From Eledone cirrhosa (taxonomy: Eukaryota): a stretch of 64,000 nt of DNA. The stretch lies in contig OZ024753.1 of the NCBI GenBank assembly GCA_964016885.1, forward strand, positions 11,532,001 through 11,596,000. The letters are read 5' to 3'. A model generated the notes under the pieces. The model saw nothing but the letters and a program-made list of their open reading frames with translations, was not told the origin of the DNA and did not search any database. The translations under genes and the position numbers were made by a program. Below, piece by piece: positions 41,634 through 56,147 of this stretch; within the stretch, counting starts at the first letter, position 1, and each line of letters begins with the position of its first letter.

Positions 41634-41957
41634 CAGTGATTCCCAACGTGGGGCACACGCCCAAAAGGCGAACAAATTGAATATAATGGGGAGCAATTTC
41701 AAAGTGATATAATACGACCAAACATCCAGTTACATTTTCTCTACACATGTTATCGTGTATCTGGCAGCACCTACCAGCAATTTGTTTACACTTTGGAGTT
41801 GATTTTGATTTTTAGTTTTGTTTAATTAAAGGATTTCTACGTTATATTAGAGTAATTGCACTTTTACAAAAGTCAGTTCGTTTTTATATTAAAGGGGGCA
41901 CAAACATGTTTTAGATGTTGAGGTGGGGCTTGGAGCAATAAAGGTTGGGATCCATTG
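41634..41957. mobile_element. hAT Charlie-like MITE
   Basis: TIRs CAGTGATTCCCAAC and GTTGGGATCCATTG. The 8-bp flanks aactagaa and accgagaa match at 6/8. Confidence 0.6.
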
Positions 41958-43339
41958 ACCGAGAAGAAACGCAAAATAACACCGAATGTCCAAACTCGTA
42001 AATATTGCACTCAGAAAACAAAGTCAACTTTAAACAAAATATCCCCGGGATAAGACCATTGAATGCCAGATTCGTAACTAATAAACTCAGTAAAGCAAAC
42101 CCAATTATAAATTAAATGCATATATTAGATCTAAGACACCTAAATGCTCTAAATACAAGTTGGAAGGAGACAGGCTTCTTCAAGCTACAACTGTCACATA
42201 CGAATATTATGCAGTTTCTGTATAATAATAAACATGCATATATTTCCTCGTTTCAAATATATGTGCTATTTCTTGTTTCATTTAAAGATATTTGAATGTG
42301 ATTTGAGAAAGAATTAACTACTAATTGTAGGAGGTGGAACAACTGTAATCTAATTTCTTGTTTGGGAAAGTGCATGGCTTAGTTTTGAGGGCATTCGACT
42401 CACTGTTGTAAAGTTGTGATTTCGAAATGCAGCGGCGCGTTTCTCCTTCAAGAAGACACCTTATTTCACGTTGCACGCGGTTGGTAAACATTAGTTGTAC
42501 TAATAATCAAAAAGATAGAGTAGTCATACTGAAACTCTCTGACAATTACGTATTGGTAGACATGTATGTAGAAGGATCAGCTACTTTTTCATAATTTCCC
42601 GAGTAAAGGTGTTCCATTAGCCGAACAAATGGAGCACACGTCGTCGGAACCAATGTAGTCGACGGCGGTCTTCCCCCTCCTATATTATTCTACTCTTTTT
42701 TAAAACAATAAAAATAATAATAATGATTTCTACTATAGGTTCTAGTAAGAGCAGAAACAACAGTGATTTAGGTGAAACACACGATTTTAAATGGCACAAG
42801 TCCTGTCTACTCCAAATAATCGACTGTTCAGGGAGGATTTAGTTTGTTAAACCGTCACCAATCCATGACTAAAGATCTGAAATATTTTCCCGGAAGACGT
42901 CTAACAAACGTCCGTGGGGTATGTTACACGAGTAAAACCAATTTAACTATATTGATATTTACTTTCCAGACTGAAGAATGATAAGAGATTAATAGTGGAA
43001 AGTTGGCTACATTGGGATTTGAATTCTCGTCGTAAAATTATCTTAAACATACTCAAAGCAATTCTTCTGGGGTCAGCTAATTCCAGTGTATCTCAGTGTC
43101 ACAGTTCCTGCATTTTCAACACCAACATTAATATGACTAATGGGAAAAATTTCCACCACTGGCAACAACATCAAAACAACGATCAAACTGGTTTCTCATT
43201 TACGCTCAAGCCCAACACTTTGGAATCAGGAGAATAATCGTTTATAGATCCAGAAACATTGAAATGCAAAGTCAACTCCGGCTGTTTGAAATTAGAACAT
43301 CTATTCCCGGAACCTAAAAAAAAAAAAAAAAAAAAAAAG

Positions 43340-43980
43340 AGTTCAACATCCACCGTGGACTATTTCGGCCTCCACCCGCTTTCCCGTCGCGAAGAGTACT
43401 GGTCGCCTTCCACGCCATGCCGCCTCAACGAGGTCATAAAGCATGGCTTTCATGCTGTAGTCCCACCCCTCCAGCTTGAGCAGGTGCGGCTGGACCGAGG
43501 GGACGGCAAAAAGCCAGACGGTATGACCATCTTCCCGTTCCGCGGTGGCAAACCCCTCGTCTGGGATGCCATTTGCAGCGACACTTTCTCCAGCCGCAAC
43601 CTGGTGCAGTCTGCGACTAACGCAGGTTCTGCTGCGCTTCCGGTTGACGAGGGCAAACTCTCCAAGTGCCGGCCGCTCTCCGACAGGTTTGCGGTCATGC
43701 CGTTGGTAGTGGAAACTTCTGGTGTCCTTGGCCCTAGGGCTACCTCCATAGACGCTGAGCTGGTCAGCCGCAGGTGTGAGCCTCGCAAGATGGAATGGCT
43801 CTTCCAGCACATTTCCCTTACCATCCTCCGCGGAAACGCCTTCTCCATTCTGTCCGCCGGAGCTGTGGGGCGGCCAGCACATAGGACCCCATTTGCTCAC
43901 TATACAGAGGGATGAGGAGGGCGGCGAGAGAGGTGGAGGTGACGACGGTGGAAGTTCGGCTCTTCCGTGTTCGGCACAGA
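43340..43980 (+). pseudogene. CRE-clade-like non-LTR retrotransposon 3' end (REL endonuclease domain plus 3' UTR)
   Basis: ORF 43259-43915 encodes RGDGKKPDGMTIFPFRGGKPLVWDAICSDT ... PLVVETSGVLG ... LFQHISLTILRGNA. It is a GC-rich island in AT-rich DNA. Confidence 0.75.
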
Positions 43981-46900
43981 CTCCCTCCTCGTTGACTCGA
44001 TATGCTAAATCTATATTTATATCCAACGATACTATGAACTCAAAACCATCTTTACAATAATTGTTTCTACTTTTGGCACAAGTCCAGCAATTTGAAGCGG
44101 GTGGAAAAGTCGATTATATCGACCCCATTGAGTTAATGGGGCTTTACTTTATCGACCTCATCAGGATGAAAGACAAAATTAACCTCGGTGGGATTTGAAC
44201 TTGGAACCTAAAGAGTCGTAAATCTAATGCATTTCTTCGCAAGCATTAACCATTCTGCAATCCGCCGTCTGATAATTGTTTCAAATGAAATTAGTGGACG
44301 AAAATAATAATACGAAAATAAAAGAAAAGATTGATAATGTTGCCGATAAAACCACCTAAAGCACAACATAAAACGTAAACAAGCAAAATAACTAAAAAAA
44401 TATATATAATTATAGCAAATTTAATACCATCGGCCCCGCCATTGCCAATAACAAGAAGAAAAGAAGAAAAAGAAGAAGAAAAAGAGTAAATCAAGTATTT
44501 TAAGTCGATTTAAAGAAGCTAAAGTTTGCAAATGGAAGTCTACTCATAGTTGTTTAGTACTCAGATAATGTAATTAAGACTACATAAACGAAGACAAAAA
44601 AATGAGATACGAGAAGAAAAACAAAAGAAGAAACAATATAAATATTTTGACAAATTAATCTAGCATTGAATTCACAGAAGCTTTATGGAAACCTAATCAA
44701 ATTTATCTTCAACAGAGCGCTAACAAATTATAATTGTGCAATAGGGAAGAGCATATACAGGGACGATGCAGGGGAAGAAAAACTATAGATGATGAAGAGG
44801 GGGGGAGGTGAGAAAGGAAGAAATATAATGCTTAGTTTAAAGAGCATGCCAGGAAAGCAATCTAATATAGTAAAGCATTGTAGAGGTATGGTTCAGTAAT
44901 TACAAATCATTATTCATAAATTCCACAGTATAAGAGGGACACATATCTGAACTAGAGGATTTATTTATGGTTTATACTTCACTGACTCATTTGTAGCTTC
45001 AATTCTAATTCAAAAGTTCAATTCTAATTTTATATTTTTTTCTAGATTCTCTAGCTGAGACGATTGATTAAATCCTTACATAAAGTAGTTTTGAACTGAA
45101 ATTATCGTTATTTATTTTTACAGTCATAAGCGAGGTCGTTGTAGTCATTAGCTCTCTCTCTCTCTTCAGCAATATTCTTGAAGCGGCAGAATTGAGAGAG
45201 AAGATTTAGAGAAAATATTTTACCTTATTTAGTACTCATTTCTATGTTCAAATTCTGCCAAATCGAACTTAAATTTTCATTCTTACTGGGTCGTTAAAAT
45301 AAGGTACCAGTAAAATACTGAGATAATTACACACGTTTTTTTGCCCAAATTCCGTGCCCTATGCATATATTGGAAAATAGTTTGTGTTAATGTTGTAGTA
45401 AATTCAAGCAAAACGGTATGAAAATTAATGCTAGCCACGAAACTATACAACACACAAATACTGGTTTCTCATTTAGGCTCAAGGCCAACGATTTGGGGAA
45501 ACGGGAAAGTCGATTAAATCGACCCCAGTGCGTTACTGGTACTTCATTTTATCGAACACGTAAGGATGAAAGACAAAGCTAACATCGTTTTGAACTCAGA
45601 ACGTAAAGGGTCATAACTCTATACTGCAAAGCATGGTGCCCGACGCTCTACCGATACTGCCAATACACCGCCCTTACAAAACACAAATAATAAATGTGAT
45701 TCAATTGTTTGATTAACGTACGAAATTGCTCTTGAATGATCGCAAATTTCCAGAGTCTTGTTGGTTACTGATACAATTGTTTCTACTTATTTGTCACAAG
45801 GCCAGCAATTACCCAGTACATTACTGGTACTTTATTTTATCGACCCCGTAAGGATGAAAAGTAAAGTGAACCTCGGCGGGATTTGAACTCAGACCGTAAA
45901 GGGACGTAACTATGCTAGAAAGCATGGCGTCCGACTCTCTACCGATACTGCCAATCCTCTTTTAATGATATTGTTTTTAAGTCTATACATCAGAATTATG
46001 ATACTTATTATCAAAACACTTGTGCTGTTAATTTGTGTGTACACATACACGCCCTACTACTAGTGCCTTTTCTGAGGGAATAACATAAGGTCTGTTGTAT
46101 ACCTGTTGTATAGAGAATCACGGTTTTATTATTAATGGTTCCTGATTTAGGTACAAGGCTAACAACTTTAGGGGAGGGGAAAGTTGATTAAATTTACTCC
46201 AGTGCATGACTGGTACTTTATGTTATCAACTGCGTAATGATGAAATGTAAAGCGACATGGTTAGCTTTGCCTTTCTCTCTTACGAAGTCGATAAAATATA
46301 GTACCAAGTACCAGTCACCAACTGGAGACGATTTAATCGACTTTCCTCTCTCCCAAAAGTGCAGAGCTTGTGCATATATAAAAAAAAACATTATTATTAT
46401 TATTATCATTATTATTATATACACGCAAAGGTATACGAAATTATCTCTTTTGCTGTGTTAAGTCTAGTTGTTATTATTAAATCTAGTTCTGATCTACACA
46501 AAGTATTATGAGTTCAGATGCATTCATCCTACAACAGTGCTATAAGGTCTTATCGCTTCCATGCACCAAATTTTATATGACAATACTTTATACTCACAAC
46601 TGCATATAATATACACTCTATTGACCTCGATCACGATTTCCCTTTTTCACTATCTCTCTCTTTCTCTCTCTCACACACAGACACACACACTTCTTATCTC
46701 CCCTGTCTCTTTCTCTCTCTGATCGTGGCTATTTTTATATTTGAAGAAAGATATTTAGTTTCTTTATTTCTTTTCTCTATACCTTATACGTTTTGCATTG
46801 TTGAGCATTGTGTAGTATATGCGTTATGTTCAGTTGACCAATCACATGTCTAAATCTGTGTATGATATGAAAAGTAAAAAAAAAAGCTCAACTACGAAGA

Positions 46901-47263
46901 CAATGGGTGGGTAGAATTACACAAAAATATGGATTGTGATAGGCATCGCTAGCAGAACACCCAACCCTATTGCTAGCAAGATGGTCATTACAATCACCTC
47001 TATAAATGAATGAATTAGTTTAAACCGTCATATTGTAAGTTCCATAGTATTCGATTTCTGATCTGTTGTAGAACATTTACAGGAAATACGTTGCTTCGCA
47101 GGTGAAGGGAAAAAGAAGAAATATATCCGCAAATTTTATTAAGAATAATTCCCAAGAAAACAGGTAAGGAAGAAAATATAGAAATTCTTCCACGTACTTT
47201 ATCATATCTCGTCTAAATTTGCATACAACCCATCATTTCCTTTCTCTCTCTGTGTCACACACA

Positions 47264-47329
<66 letters not shown>

Positions 47330-47597
47330 AACATGCACAATTATATATTTATATATATATATATATATACATATACAAACACAGACACACACAGACACAT
47401 ATATATATATAGAGACAAACACACGCACATATAGATACATACACAAACACAGATATACATACACAAAAACATGCACACATATACACAAACACACACGTAT
47501 ATATATATACACATACATAGAAACACACACACACATACATACACAAACACACATATATATACACACATATAGAAACTCACACGCGCACACACACATA

Positions 47598-47667
<70 letters not shown>

Positions 47668-47670
<3 letters not shown>

Positions 47671-47900
47671 AAAAATTGAACGGGAACAAAACAGAGAGGC
47701 AGTACGAACAAAGGTTTATTAGTTTCACGCTCTTGAGAGTGGGGTGGTGGTGGGGAACGACGTTTCGGTTACAAGCCTTTCTTCAGGTGAAAAGTGTGTG
47801 GGAAGAGAGTTCCAAGGTTGTGTAGGGGAGTGGTGGGGAGACATATAGAAAAAAGGGGGTGAGAGGAAACAACAGTACAAATGAAATTAAATATAAAAGC
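47668..47900 (-). mobile_element. Family C 3'-end remnant abutting (TA)n
   Basis: Minus strand reads CTGAAGA-aaggcttgtaacc-GAAACGTC ... gagcgtgaaactaataaa ... ctgcctctctgttttgttcccg, then (TA)n. Confidence 0.45.
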
Positions 47901-48364
47901 ATAATAAAAATAAAAATAAAGATGAAGTAAAACGAGAGAGACATACAGACAGACCGACAGAGACAGATAGAGAGAGGAGAGACAGAAAGACGGAGAGAGA
48001 GAGAGAGAGAGAAGATAGTAAGATTACACAAAAGTTTCCTTGTTCTTCAATATGATTATTCCTAACATTAATACTACTTTTACTACCCCTTACGTTTTAG
48101 TCCACATCTATAGCGTCCATTTCTCTTCCATTTGCTGTTACTACCACAACTATAGCGTCCATGTCTCTTCCATTTGCTGATACTACCACAACTATACATG
48201 ATATATTTTATATGAGCCACCAATCAAAATGTAACAATGTAACCCTTCTTTGTAATATTAACTACAACCTTTCCACCATTTTTAGGCAGCAAATAATAAC
48301 GCTTTTCTTTATCGAGCTCATCGTTTGTTCTATTCGTTTGTTATTGATAGATGTTTGGCAAGAT

Positions 48365-49135
48365 TACTCCACCACCACCACCAACATCGACACCACCACT
48401 ACTAGAACCACCACCACCACCAGCAACATCACTATTAGAACCACCAATATCGCCACCACCACCACCACAACTAGAACCACCACCAACATTGCCACCACCA
48501 CCACCACGAACATCACTATTAGAACCACCACCACCACCAACATCGCCACCACCACTACCACCACAACTAGAACCACCACCACTACCACCACAACAACAAT
48601 ATTAGTAGAACCACCAACACCACGACCACCACCAGCACCACCACTACTACTACTACTAGACCCACCAACACCACCACAACCACTACTAGACCCACCAACA
48701 CCACCACCACCGCCACCACAACCACCACCAACACCTCCTCCACCAACACTACTAGAAACATCACCACTACCACCAACAACACCACCACAACCACCACCAA
48801 CACCTCCTCCACCAACACTACTAGAAACATCACCACTACCACCAACAACACCACCACAACCACCACCAACACCTCCTCCACCAACACTACTAGAAACATC
48901 ACCACTACCACCAACAACGCCACCACAACTACTACTAGACCCACCACCACCACCACAACCACCACCAACACCTCCTCCACCAACACTACTAGAAACATCA
49001 CCACTACCACCAACAACACCACCACAACCTCCACCAACACTACCACCAACAACGCCACCACAACTACTACTAGACCCACCACCACCACGAGAAACACCAC
49101 CAACACCAACACCACCACCACCAACAACATCATTA
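48365..49135. repeat. (ACC)n-derived tract with 60-bp internal repeat
   Basis: ctagaaacatcaccactaccaccaacaac recurs at about 60-bp spacing. Confidence 0.9.
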
Positions 49136-49389
49136 TTACATATCACCCAACCAGCCATACCTAACATGTAGAGTCAGTGACATTATAATACAACCAAGAT
49201 ATATATTTAGAGAAGTTCATCTTTACATCTCTGCCATTATCACCACTAACATCAATCTTTCTGGACATTTTTATTGTTGTTGTTGCTGTTGCTGCGTCCT
49301 AAATTAATTTGTTATAGAGATAAAGCCGAACGCAGCTCCAATAATAACTGCTATTATATACACAAGTACATGAGTGTATATGTAAGTAT

Positions 49390-50008
49390 AGGCATAAAGT
49401 TTGTGCGCATATGCATAAAGTTTGTGCGTATATGCATAAAGTATGTGTGTATGCATAAAGTTTGTGCGTATATGCATAAAGTATGTGTGTATGCATAAAG
49501 TTTGTGTGTATATGCATAAAGTATGTGTATATCCATAAAGTATGTGTGTATATGCATAAAGTATGTGAGTATATGCATAAAGTATGTATGTATATGCATA
49601 AAGTATGTGTATATGCATAAATATGTGTGTATATGAGTAAAGTATGTGTGTATATGCATAAAGAATGTGTGGATATGCATAAAGAATGTATGTATATGCA
49701 TAAAGAATGTATGTATATGCATAAAGAATGTGTGTATACGCATAATGTATGTGAGTATATGCATAAATAATGTGTGGATATGCATAAAGTATGTGTGTAT
49801 ATGCATAAAGTATGTGTGTATATGCATAAAGTATGAGTATATGCATAAAGAATGTGTGGATATGCATAACGTTTGTGTGTATATGCGTAAATATGTGTGT
49901 ATATGCATAAAGTATGTGTGTATATGCATAAAGTTTGCGTGTATATGCATAAAGAATGTGTGTATATGCATAACGTATGTGTGTATATGCATAAATATGT
50001 GTGTATAT
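49390..50008. repeat. 21-bp minisatellite (atatgcataaagtatgtgtgt)
   Basis: Seen directly. Confidence 0.95.
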
Positions 50009-50214
50009 AATAAATAAAGCAGTATGTGAAAGAGTTAGTTTATGTCAACGTATTTCACGCTCTGTCGAAAATTCTATGGTTAAATATTCGTTCGTTGCCA
50101 TGGTTGATTATATGGAAAGGTAGAACCGTCGATTGTGGAATGGAGGTCAGTCAAGCGAAGAATTGATGTCTCGGCACAGCAGGTGCGTGACATGAACACT
50201 ACTTTGATTCAACA

Positions 50215-50249
50215 ACATACATGCGTATATACATATATTTGCCGGGACA

Positions 50250-50282
<33 letters not shown>

Positions 50283-50747
50283 TTGCCGAGACATACATAC
50301 ATACATACATACATATTTGCCGAGACATACATACGTATATACATATATTTGCCGAGACATACATAAGTATATACATATATATGCCGAGACATACATACAT
50401 ACATACATACATACATTTGCCGAGACATACGTACATACATATATTTGCCGAGACATACATACGTATATACATATATTTGCCGAGACATACATACTTATAT
50501 ACATACATACATACATACATACATATATTTGCCGAGACATACATACGTATATACATATATTTACCGAGACATACATACGTATATACATATATTTGCCGAG
50601 ACATACATACTTATATACATACATACATACATACATACATATATTTGCCGAGACATACATACGTATATACATATATTTACCGAGACATACATACGTATAT
50701 ACATATATTTGCCGAGACATACATACGTAGATACATACATACATACA

Positions 50748-50780
<33 letters not shown>

Positions 50781-50980
50781 TTGCCGAGACATACATACGT
50801 ATATACATATATTTGCCGAGACATACATACGTATATACATATATTTGCCGAGACATACATACATACATACATATATTTGCCGAGACATACATACGTACAT
50901 ACATATATTTGCCGAGACATACATACGTACATACATATATTTGCCGAGACATACATACGTATATACATATATTTGCCGAT
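50215..50980. repeat. About 32-bp minisatellite (atatttgccgagac plus variable ATAC)
   Basis: Seen directly. Confidence 0.95.
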
Positions 50981-52331
50981 ATATACACATATATATATAT
51001 GTAAATCATTCACAAGAATTATTATGCTATAGCATATACATCTTCATCTGTTCTAGCTACTATTATGGGTTATCTATGCAGGTTGTTGTGTTGATTAATT
51101 TTTCAGTGGAAGACAGCGAAGACACGCTTTTGTTGTTGTTCATATGGTTAATTGTTCCTATTTGCGGCACAAGGCCAGCAAATACTCAGTGTATTACTGG
51201 TACTTTATTTTATCGACCCCGTAAGGATGAAAGGCAAAGTTAACCTCGGCGGATTTGAACTCAGAATGGCAAGGGCCGCAACTCTATGCGTCAAAGCATG
51301 GCATCCGACCCTCAACCGATACTATGATTAATGTTCTATCAAGTATGATAGGACAGCAGAATGTTTTAAACCAAACCAGAACTAAAGAATCACACGAGGT
51401 AAATGTAAATATGAAGAACTGATAACACTGTGTATGGTCATGACATAAGCATATATAGGGGGGGATCTCAAATTGATTAAAACATGCATAGCAAGTACAT
51501 ACAGTCAGCATATCAAATGTTCAAGAAAATAACTTTCTCAATGAAGACGAAACTGGCAAATCAAGCATCAGAAGAGAAACGCCACAGAGTGCACTTTCTT
51601 TAAATATATATATTTTTTAAATGCATCTATGTAGTACACATAGGTGGCGAATTGGTCGAGTTGTTAGACCGTCAGATAGAATACTTTATAGTATTCGTTT
51701 CATCTCAGTGCTCTCGGAGCTCAAATTCCTCCGATGGCAAATTTGCCTTTCGTCCTTTCGAGGTTGATAACAAAAGTACCAGTCTAGTACTGGGGTCGAT
51801 TCTTCCTCTATATCTCTTTCTCATTTCCTCACTCTCACTTTCTATCTTTCCCTGGAAGAAATCTGCTGTACTCAGATCGGGTGAGGGATGGGCTCTGCCA
51901 GGCTTAAATGCCCAAGAAACGCCGTATGACTATACAGCGCCTCTAGAACTCTGTCAGGGAGTTAGGGGACCATAGATAGATATATGTAGTATACGGAATG
52001 GCAATCTCAGTTTATTTCAAATGTATGTTAAAATCATTATATTTTACTAGCTGCAATCATTTGAATGTGGTTTATGGTTTGAGATGAAACCACAGTCCTT
52101 AGATTATTACTGATATCATAGGAACTAATGGTTTATTGGTTGATATCATAGAAACTAATGGTTTATTGGTATTTAGTCCAACACTCTCGGAGGTATAAAA
52201 GCCAAATTACAAGGATTCCTGTATTTGAACTCAGAATAAATACAGTTTAAAATGCATGTGAGGCATTAATATTCACACACACGAAAGCACACACTCATAC
52301 ATCGATGCCTATAATACAATATATATATATA

Positions 52332-55300
52332 TGAGTATAGACATAGAATATTCGAAAATATTCTGTATGTTTATAATAAACATTTTGAAGACCTAATCGC
52401 TATAGAATAGAATACGTCACGTATTACAATTAGATTCTCGATAAAAGCAAGGGAAGTAATCTACGCGTTTCATTCTTGTTAGAATTCATCAGGACTACAT
52501 ATCCAGTGCTTTTATCGAGAATGACACAGCTAGAGACTTATAGAATACTTAGCTGTGTACTGGAACTGGTTTGAAAGAGCGGTTGCCGGTCCGGCAGAAA
52601 TTAGAAATTGGAATAAATGCTCTGAAATAGCGATATATATGTGAGTATAGACATAGAATATTCGAAAATATTCTGTATGTTTATAATAAACATTTTGAAG
52701 ACCTAATCGCTATAGAATAGAATACGTCACGTATTACAATTAGATTCTCGATAAAAGCAAGGGAAGTAATCTACGCGTTTCATTCTTGTTAGAATTCATC
52801 AGGACTACATATCCAGTGCTTTTATCGAGAATGACACAGCTAGAGACTTATAGAATACTTAGCTGTGTACTGGAACTGGTTTGAAAGAGCGGTTGCCGGT
52901 CCGGCAGAAATTAGAAATTGGAATAAATGCTCTGAAATAGCGATATATATGTGAGTATAGACATAGAATATTCGAAAATATTCTGTATGTTTATAATAAA
53001 CATTTTGAAGACCTAATCGCTATAGAATAGAATACGTCACGTATTACAATTAGATTCTCGATAAAAGCAAGGGAAGTAATCTACGCGTTTCATTCTTGTT
53101 AGAATTCATCAGGACTACATATCCAGTGCTTTTATCGAGAATGACACAGCTAGAGACTTATAGAATACTTAGCTGTGTACTGGAACTGGTTTGAAAGAGC
53201 GGTTGCCGGTCCGGCAGAAATTAGAAATTGGAATAAATGCTCTGAAATAGCGATATATATGTGAGTATAGACATAGAATATTCGAAAATATTCTGTATGT
53301 TTATAATAAACATTTTGAAGACCTAATCGCTATAGAATAGAATACGTCACGTATTACAATTAGATTCTCGATAAAAGCAAGGGAAGTAATCTACGCGTTT
53401 CATTCTTGTTAGAATTCATCAGGACTACATATCCAGTGCTTTTATCGAGAATGACACAGCTAGAGACTTATAGAATACTTAGCTGTGTACTGGAACTGGT
53501 TTGAAAGAGCGGTTGCCGGTCCGGCAGAAATTAGAAATTGGAATAAATGCTCTGAAATAGCGATATATATGTGAGTATAGACATAGAATATTCGAAAATA
53601 TTCTGTATGTTTATAATAAACATTTTGAAGACCTAATCGCTATAGAATAGAATACGTCACGTATTACAATTAGATTCTCGATAAAAGCAAGGGAAGTAAT
53701 CTACGCGTTTCATTCTTGTTAGAATTCATCAGGACTACATATCCAGTGCTTTTATCGAGAATGACACAGCTAGAGACTTATAGAATACTTAGCTGTGTAC
53801 TGGAACTGGTTTGAAAGAGCGGTTGCCGGTCCGGCAGAAATTAGAAATTGGAATAAATGCTCTGAAATAGCGATATATATGTGAGTATAGACATAGAATA
53901 TTCGAAAATATTCTGTATGTTTATAATAAACATTTTGAAGACCTAATCGCTATAGAATAGAATACGTCACGTATTACAATTAGATTCTCGATAAAAGCAA
54001 GGGAAGTAATCTACGCGTTTCATTCTTGTTAGAATTCATCAGGACTACATATCCAGTGCTTTTATCGAGAATGACACAGCTAGAGACTTATAGAATACTT
54101 AGCTGTGTACTGGAACTGGTTTGAAAGAGCGGTTGCCGGTCCGGCAGAAATTAGAAATTGGAATAAATGCTCTGAAATAGCGATATATATGTGAGTATAG
54201 ACATAGAATATTCGAAAATATTCTGTATGTTTATAATAAACATTTTGAAGACCTAATCGCTATAGAATAGAATACGTCACGTATTACAATTAGATTCTCG
54301 ATAAAAGCAAGGGAAGTAATCTACGCGTTTCATTCTTGTTAGAATTCATCAGGACTACATATCCAGTGCTTTTATCGAGAATGACACAGCTAGAGACTTA
54401 TAGAATACTTAGCTGTGTACTGGAACTGGTTTGAAAGAGCGGTTGCCGGTCCGGCAGAAATTAGAAATTGGAATAAATGCTCTGAAATAGCGATATATAT
54501 GTGAGTATAGACATAGAATATTCGAAAATATTCTGTATGTTTATAATAAACATTTTGAAGACCTAATCGCTATAGAATAGAATACGTCACGTATTACAAT
54601 TAGATTCTCGATAAAAGCAAGGGAAGTAATCTACGCGTTTCATTCTTGTTAGAATTCATCAGGACTACATATCCAGTGCTTTTATCGAGAATGACACAGC
54701 TAGAGACTTATAGAATACTTAGCTGTGTACTGGAACTGGTTTGAAAGAGCGGTTGCCGGTCCGGCAGAAATTAGAAATTGGAATAAATGCTCTGAAATAG
54801 CGATATATATGTGAGTATAGACATAGAATATTCGAAAATATTCTGTATGTTTATAATAAACATTTTGAAGACCTAATCGCTATAGAATAGAATACGTCAC
54901 GTATTACAATTAGATTCTCGATAAAAGCAAGGGAAGTAATCTACGCGTTTCATTCTTGTTAGAATTCATCAGGACTACATATCCAGTGCTTTTATCGAGA
55001 ATGACACAGCTAGAGACTTATAGAATACTTAGCTGTGTACTGGAACTGGTTTGAAAGAGCGGTTGCCGGTCCGGCAGAAATTAGAAATTGGAATAAATGC
55101 TCTGAAATAGCGATATATATGTGAGTATAGACATAGAATATTCGAAAATATTCTGTATGTTTATAATAAACATTTTGAAGACCTAATCGCTATAGAATAG
55201 AATACGTCACGTATTACAATTAGATTCTCGATAAAAGCAAGGGAAGTAATCTACGCGTTTCATTCTTGTTAGAATTCATCAGGACTACATATCCAGTGCT

Positions 55301-56147
55301 TTTATCGAGAATGACACAGCTAGAGACTTATAGAATACTTAGCTGTGTACTGGAACTGGTTTGAAAGAGCGGTTGCCGGTCCGGCAGAAATTAGAAATTG
55401 GAATAAATGCTCTGAAATAGCGATATATATGTGAGTATAGACATAGAATATTCGAAAATATTCTGTATGTTTATAATAAACATTTTGAAGACCTAATCGC
55501 TATAGAATAGAATACGTCACGTATTACAATTAGATTCTCGATAAAAGCAAGGGAAGTAATCTACGCGTTTCATTCTTGTTAGAATTCATCAGGACTACAT
55601 ATCCAGTGCTTTTATCGAGAATGACACAGCTAGAGACTTATAGAATACTTAGCTGTGTACTGGAACTGGTTTGAAAGAGCGGTTGCCGGTCCGGCAGAAA
55701 TTAGAAATTGGAATAAATGCTCTGAAATAGCGATATATATGTGAGTATAGACATAGAATATTCGAAAATATTCTGTATGTTTATAATAAACATTTTGAAG
55801 ACCTAATCGCTATAGAATAGAATACGTCACGTATTACAATTAGATTCTCGATAAAAGCAAGGGAAGTAATCTACGCGTTTCATTCTTGTTAGAATTCATC
55901 AGGACTACATATCCAGTGCTTTTATCGAGAATGACACAGCTAGAGACTTATAGAATACTTAGCTGTGTACTGGAACTGGTTTGAAAGAGCGGTTGCCGGT
56001 CCGGCAGAAATTAGAAATTGGAATAAATGCTCTGAAATAGCGATATATATGTGAGTATAGACATAGAATATTCGAAAATATTCTGTATGTTTATAATAAA
56101 CATTTTGAAGACCTAATCGCTATAGAATAGAATACGTCACGTATTAC
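52332..56147 (-). mobile_element. Tandem array of 310-bp hammerhead-containing units (retrozyme or Penelope pLTR-like), left arm, about 12.3 units with 12 ribozymes
   Basis: Exact 310-bp period (cgatatatat at 52631, 52941, 53251 ... 56041), with no differences between units seen by eye. Each unit contains the reverse complement of GTAGTC-CTGATGA-ATTCT-AACA-AGAAT-GAAA-CGCG-TA-GATTAC. The left end runs into (AT)n at ~52320-52331. Confidence 0.85.
52434..52522 (-). ncRNA. Type I hammerhead ribozyme (representative minus-strand copy, repeated every 310 bp to ~55930)
   Basis: Plus strand reads gtaatc-tacgcg-tttc-attct-tgtt-agaat-tcatcag-gactac (52456-52498), flanked by the 16-bp inverted repeat. 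Confidence 0.88.

Noticed and set aside
47102-47163. Candidate 62-nt exon (cag|GTGAAG...ACAG|gtaagg)
   Set aside because: The polypyrimidine tract is weak, the peptide is unrecognisable and there are no partner exons.
50215-50980. Conserved motif with variable spacers resembling CRISPR
   Set aside because: The spacers are only ATAC microsatellite length variants.
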